Assembly: GCA_030390025.1 (NCBI GenBank)
Contig: CM059432.1
Coordinates: forward strand, 57,848,001 to 57,912,000
Source: Squalus acanthias
Taxonomy: Eukaryota
DNA: 64,000 nt
Reading direction: 5' to 3'
Shown here: positions 62,281 to 64,000 of the stretch, one piece after another
Position numbering within the stretch: the stretch's first letter is position 1
How the letters are laid out: every line of letters starts with the position of its first letter
Made by a program: the position numbers and the translations under genes
Notes under the pieces: model-generated
What the model was told of the DNA's origin: nothing
What the model saw: the letters and a program-made list of their open reading frames with translations, nothing else
Database searches by the model: none

Positions 62281-64000
62281 GGGGGAGAAATTCAGTACCT
62301 TAGCATCTCCCGTTAGCGCCTCCGGGGGCGCTAACGGGATGCTACCGGCTTAGCGACCGGGCGCGGCGATAGTACTGATGCCCGTGAAATTGAAGTGGAG
62401 GTTTGCTTGGGCGGTAACCACTAGCACCACGCTCTCCTGCGGCCGGAGATTGTGATGTCATCCGGCTACGCAGCGCCCCGGCTCAGAAATTCACTGTCGT
62501 CCCTTGCCTGAGCGCCTGCCGTTAGCAACGACGGTAGAGGAGGCGAAATGCAGTCGGATAAGCGCTGGAGAAGCTCTATATAAAGGCGTCAACATCCGGT
62601 TTAATTTTAGTCGGCAAAGAATGCTGCCTTGTCAGTTTGACATAGGCAAACAGGCGTTTTGAGCGATTTCAGCGTTTTTCACTTGAAGGAGTCTTCTGCC
62701 TCAGAAAAATTATTCACTTTCATTTAGGTGAGATTTTAAAGTGCAACTTTTCCATTCTTTAATGGGGCTGTACTGGCACTGGACCTCGCCCTCCAGCGTC
62801 AACATCGGAGGCAGCGGAGACAGAGAGAAAGATTGCAAAATGTGGCCAAAGGGAGGAGGGCCAACAGGGCTCTCAACAGGAAGCCTTACCCTCCCAGTGT
62901 ATTCCGGCAGTATTTCTCCTACATTAATTTCACTGAGGAACAGTGTCTTAGAAGGCTCCGCTTCACCAAGGATGTGGTCACAGAGCTCTGCCACCTCCTG
63001 CAGCCAGACCTCGAGCCTCACATCAGGACCACCACGGCTCTCTCAGTGGCAGTCAAGGTCACCGTCGCTCTCAATTTCTACACCAGCGGACCCTTCCAGT
63101 GTGCAACACGAGACATATCTAACATATCGCAGTTCGCCGTCCATTGCTGCATCCGCGAGGTCACAGATGCTCTGTACAGAAGGAGAAGGGATTACATTTC
63201 CTTCCCCATGACTAGAGAGAAGCAGCACGAGCGTGCATGTGGCTTTGCCAGGATAGCGGGCTTCCCCATGGTGCAGGGCGCCATTGACTGCACCAACGTC
63301 GCTTTGCGGGCACCGCATCACAATCCAGAGGTATTCCGTAACCGCAAAGGCTACCACTTACTTAATGTGCAGTTGGTGTGCGACCACACACAGCGAATCC
63401 TTACCGTCAATGCCCGCTATCCTTGCAGCAGCCACGATGCCTTCATCCTGCGCCAGACTAGTGTGCCAGCACTCTTCCAGCCACATCAAGCTTGCGGCTG
63501 GCTGGTCGGAGACAAGGGCTATCTGCTCTCCACCTCGCTCATGACTCCCCTCCATAACCCCAACACTCGTGCCCAGCACTCATACAATGAGAGCCATGCT
63601 GCCACCAGGAACATCATTGAGCAGACTATCAGAGTGCTCAAGCAATGGTTCCGCTGCCTTGACCGCTCGGGAGAAGCCTTCCAATACTCGGCTGAGCAGG
63701 TGTCCCTTTTCATCGTTGTCTGCTGCATGCTGCACAACTTGGCCATCATAAGGGCGCAGCCATTACCACCAGGCATAGCCGCACCACATCAGGAGGAGGT
63801 AGAGGAGGAGGAGGAGGAGGAGGAGGAACAGGAGCATGAACAGTAGCAACGGAGGAGGCCGCCACTCAATCAGCCTTGTGGAAGGGCGGTCCGTGACCGC
63901 CTCATCAGACTTCGGTTCCAATGAATTGGAGGCCTCTTCCCGCTTGCTCAGCACGTCCCCATCATTCCATCAATTTCTCATTCCGTACCACACCCCAAAG
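62281..64000 (+). mobile_element. Harbinger transposon (left TIR plus transposase), continuing past the window end
   Basis: tta|GGGGGAGAAATT; subterminal CTCCCGTTAGCGCC..GGCGCTAACGGGA; followed by the transposase gene. Confidence 0.92.
62762..63924 (+). pseudogene. Harbinger (DDE_Tnp_4/HARBI1-family) transposase, nearly intact
   Basis: 337-aa open frame with GAIDCT, VGDKGY and RNIIEQ catalytic motifs. One G is missing after ATG 62762, and there is a premature TAG at 63844. Confidence 0.9.

Noticed and set aside
62833..63846. Domesticated HARBI1 host gene
   Set aside because: It follows a TIR with a TTA flank, lies in an ADCY8 intron, has decayed paralogs in the window and carries lesions. 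It is a transposon copy.
1..64000. Prokaryotic systems (operons, retrons, CRISPR) and the many short ORF-track entries
   Set aside because: The DNA is vertebrate with spliced genes. The RTs are non-LTR retrotransposon RTs, and most short ORFs are antisense or off-frame shadows of repeats.

Overview
Eukaryotic, repeat-rich vertebrate DNA. The repeat content (CR1 LINEs, a DeuSINE resembling shark SacSINE1, Penelope-like elements) points to a cartilaginous fish, which is an inference. There are two host genes, both on the minus strand. The first is the last seven coding exons of adenylyl cyclase 8 (ADCY8, 58864 to 25855), all with GT-AG junctions and matching phases. The second, about 19.4 kb downstream, is the first coding exon and CpG island of RNF139/TRC8 (ATG at 6420). 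Most of the rest is nested mobile DNA. The most striking component is a dense PIF/Harbinger community: one near-intact DDE transposase, several copies of a spliced 3-exon Myb/SANT plus coiled-coil partner gene convergent with the transposase, an in-frame transposase-Myb chimeric junction, a deletion subfamily sharing one junction, and many TIR/TSD-bounded MITEs that can be paired with their parent elements. Penelope-like remnants carry two minimal hammerhead-ribozyme motifs, one inside the RNF139 promoter CpG island. All protein identifications are from recognition of translated sequence; no database search was run.
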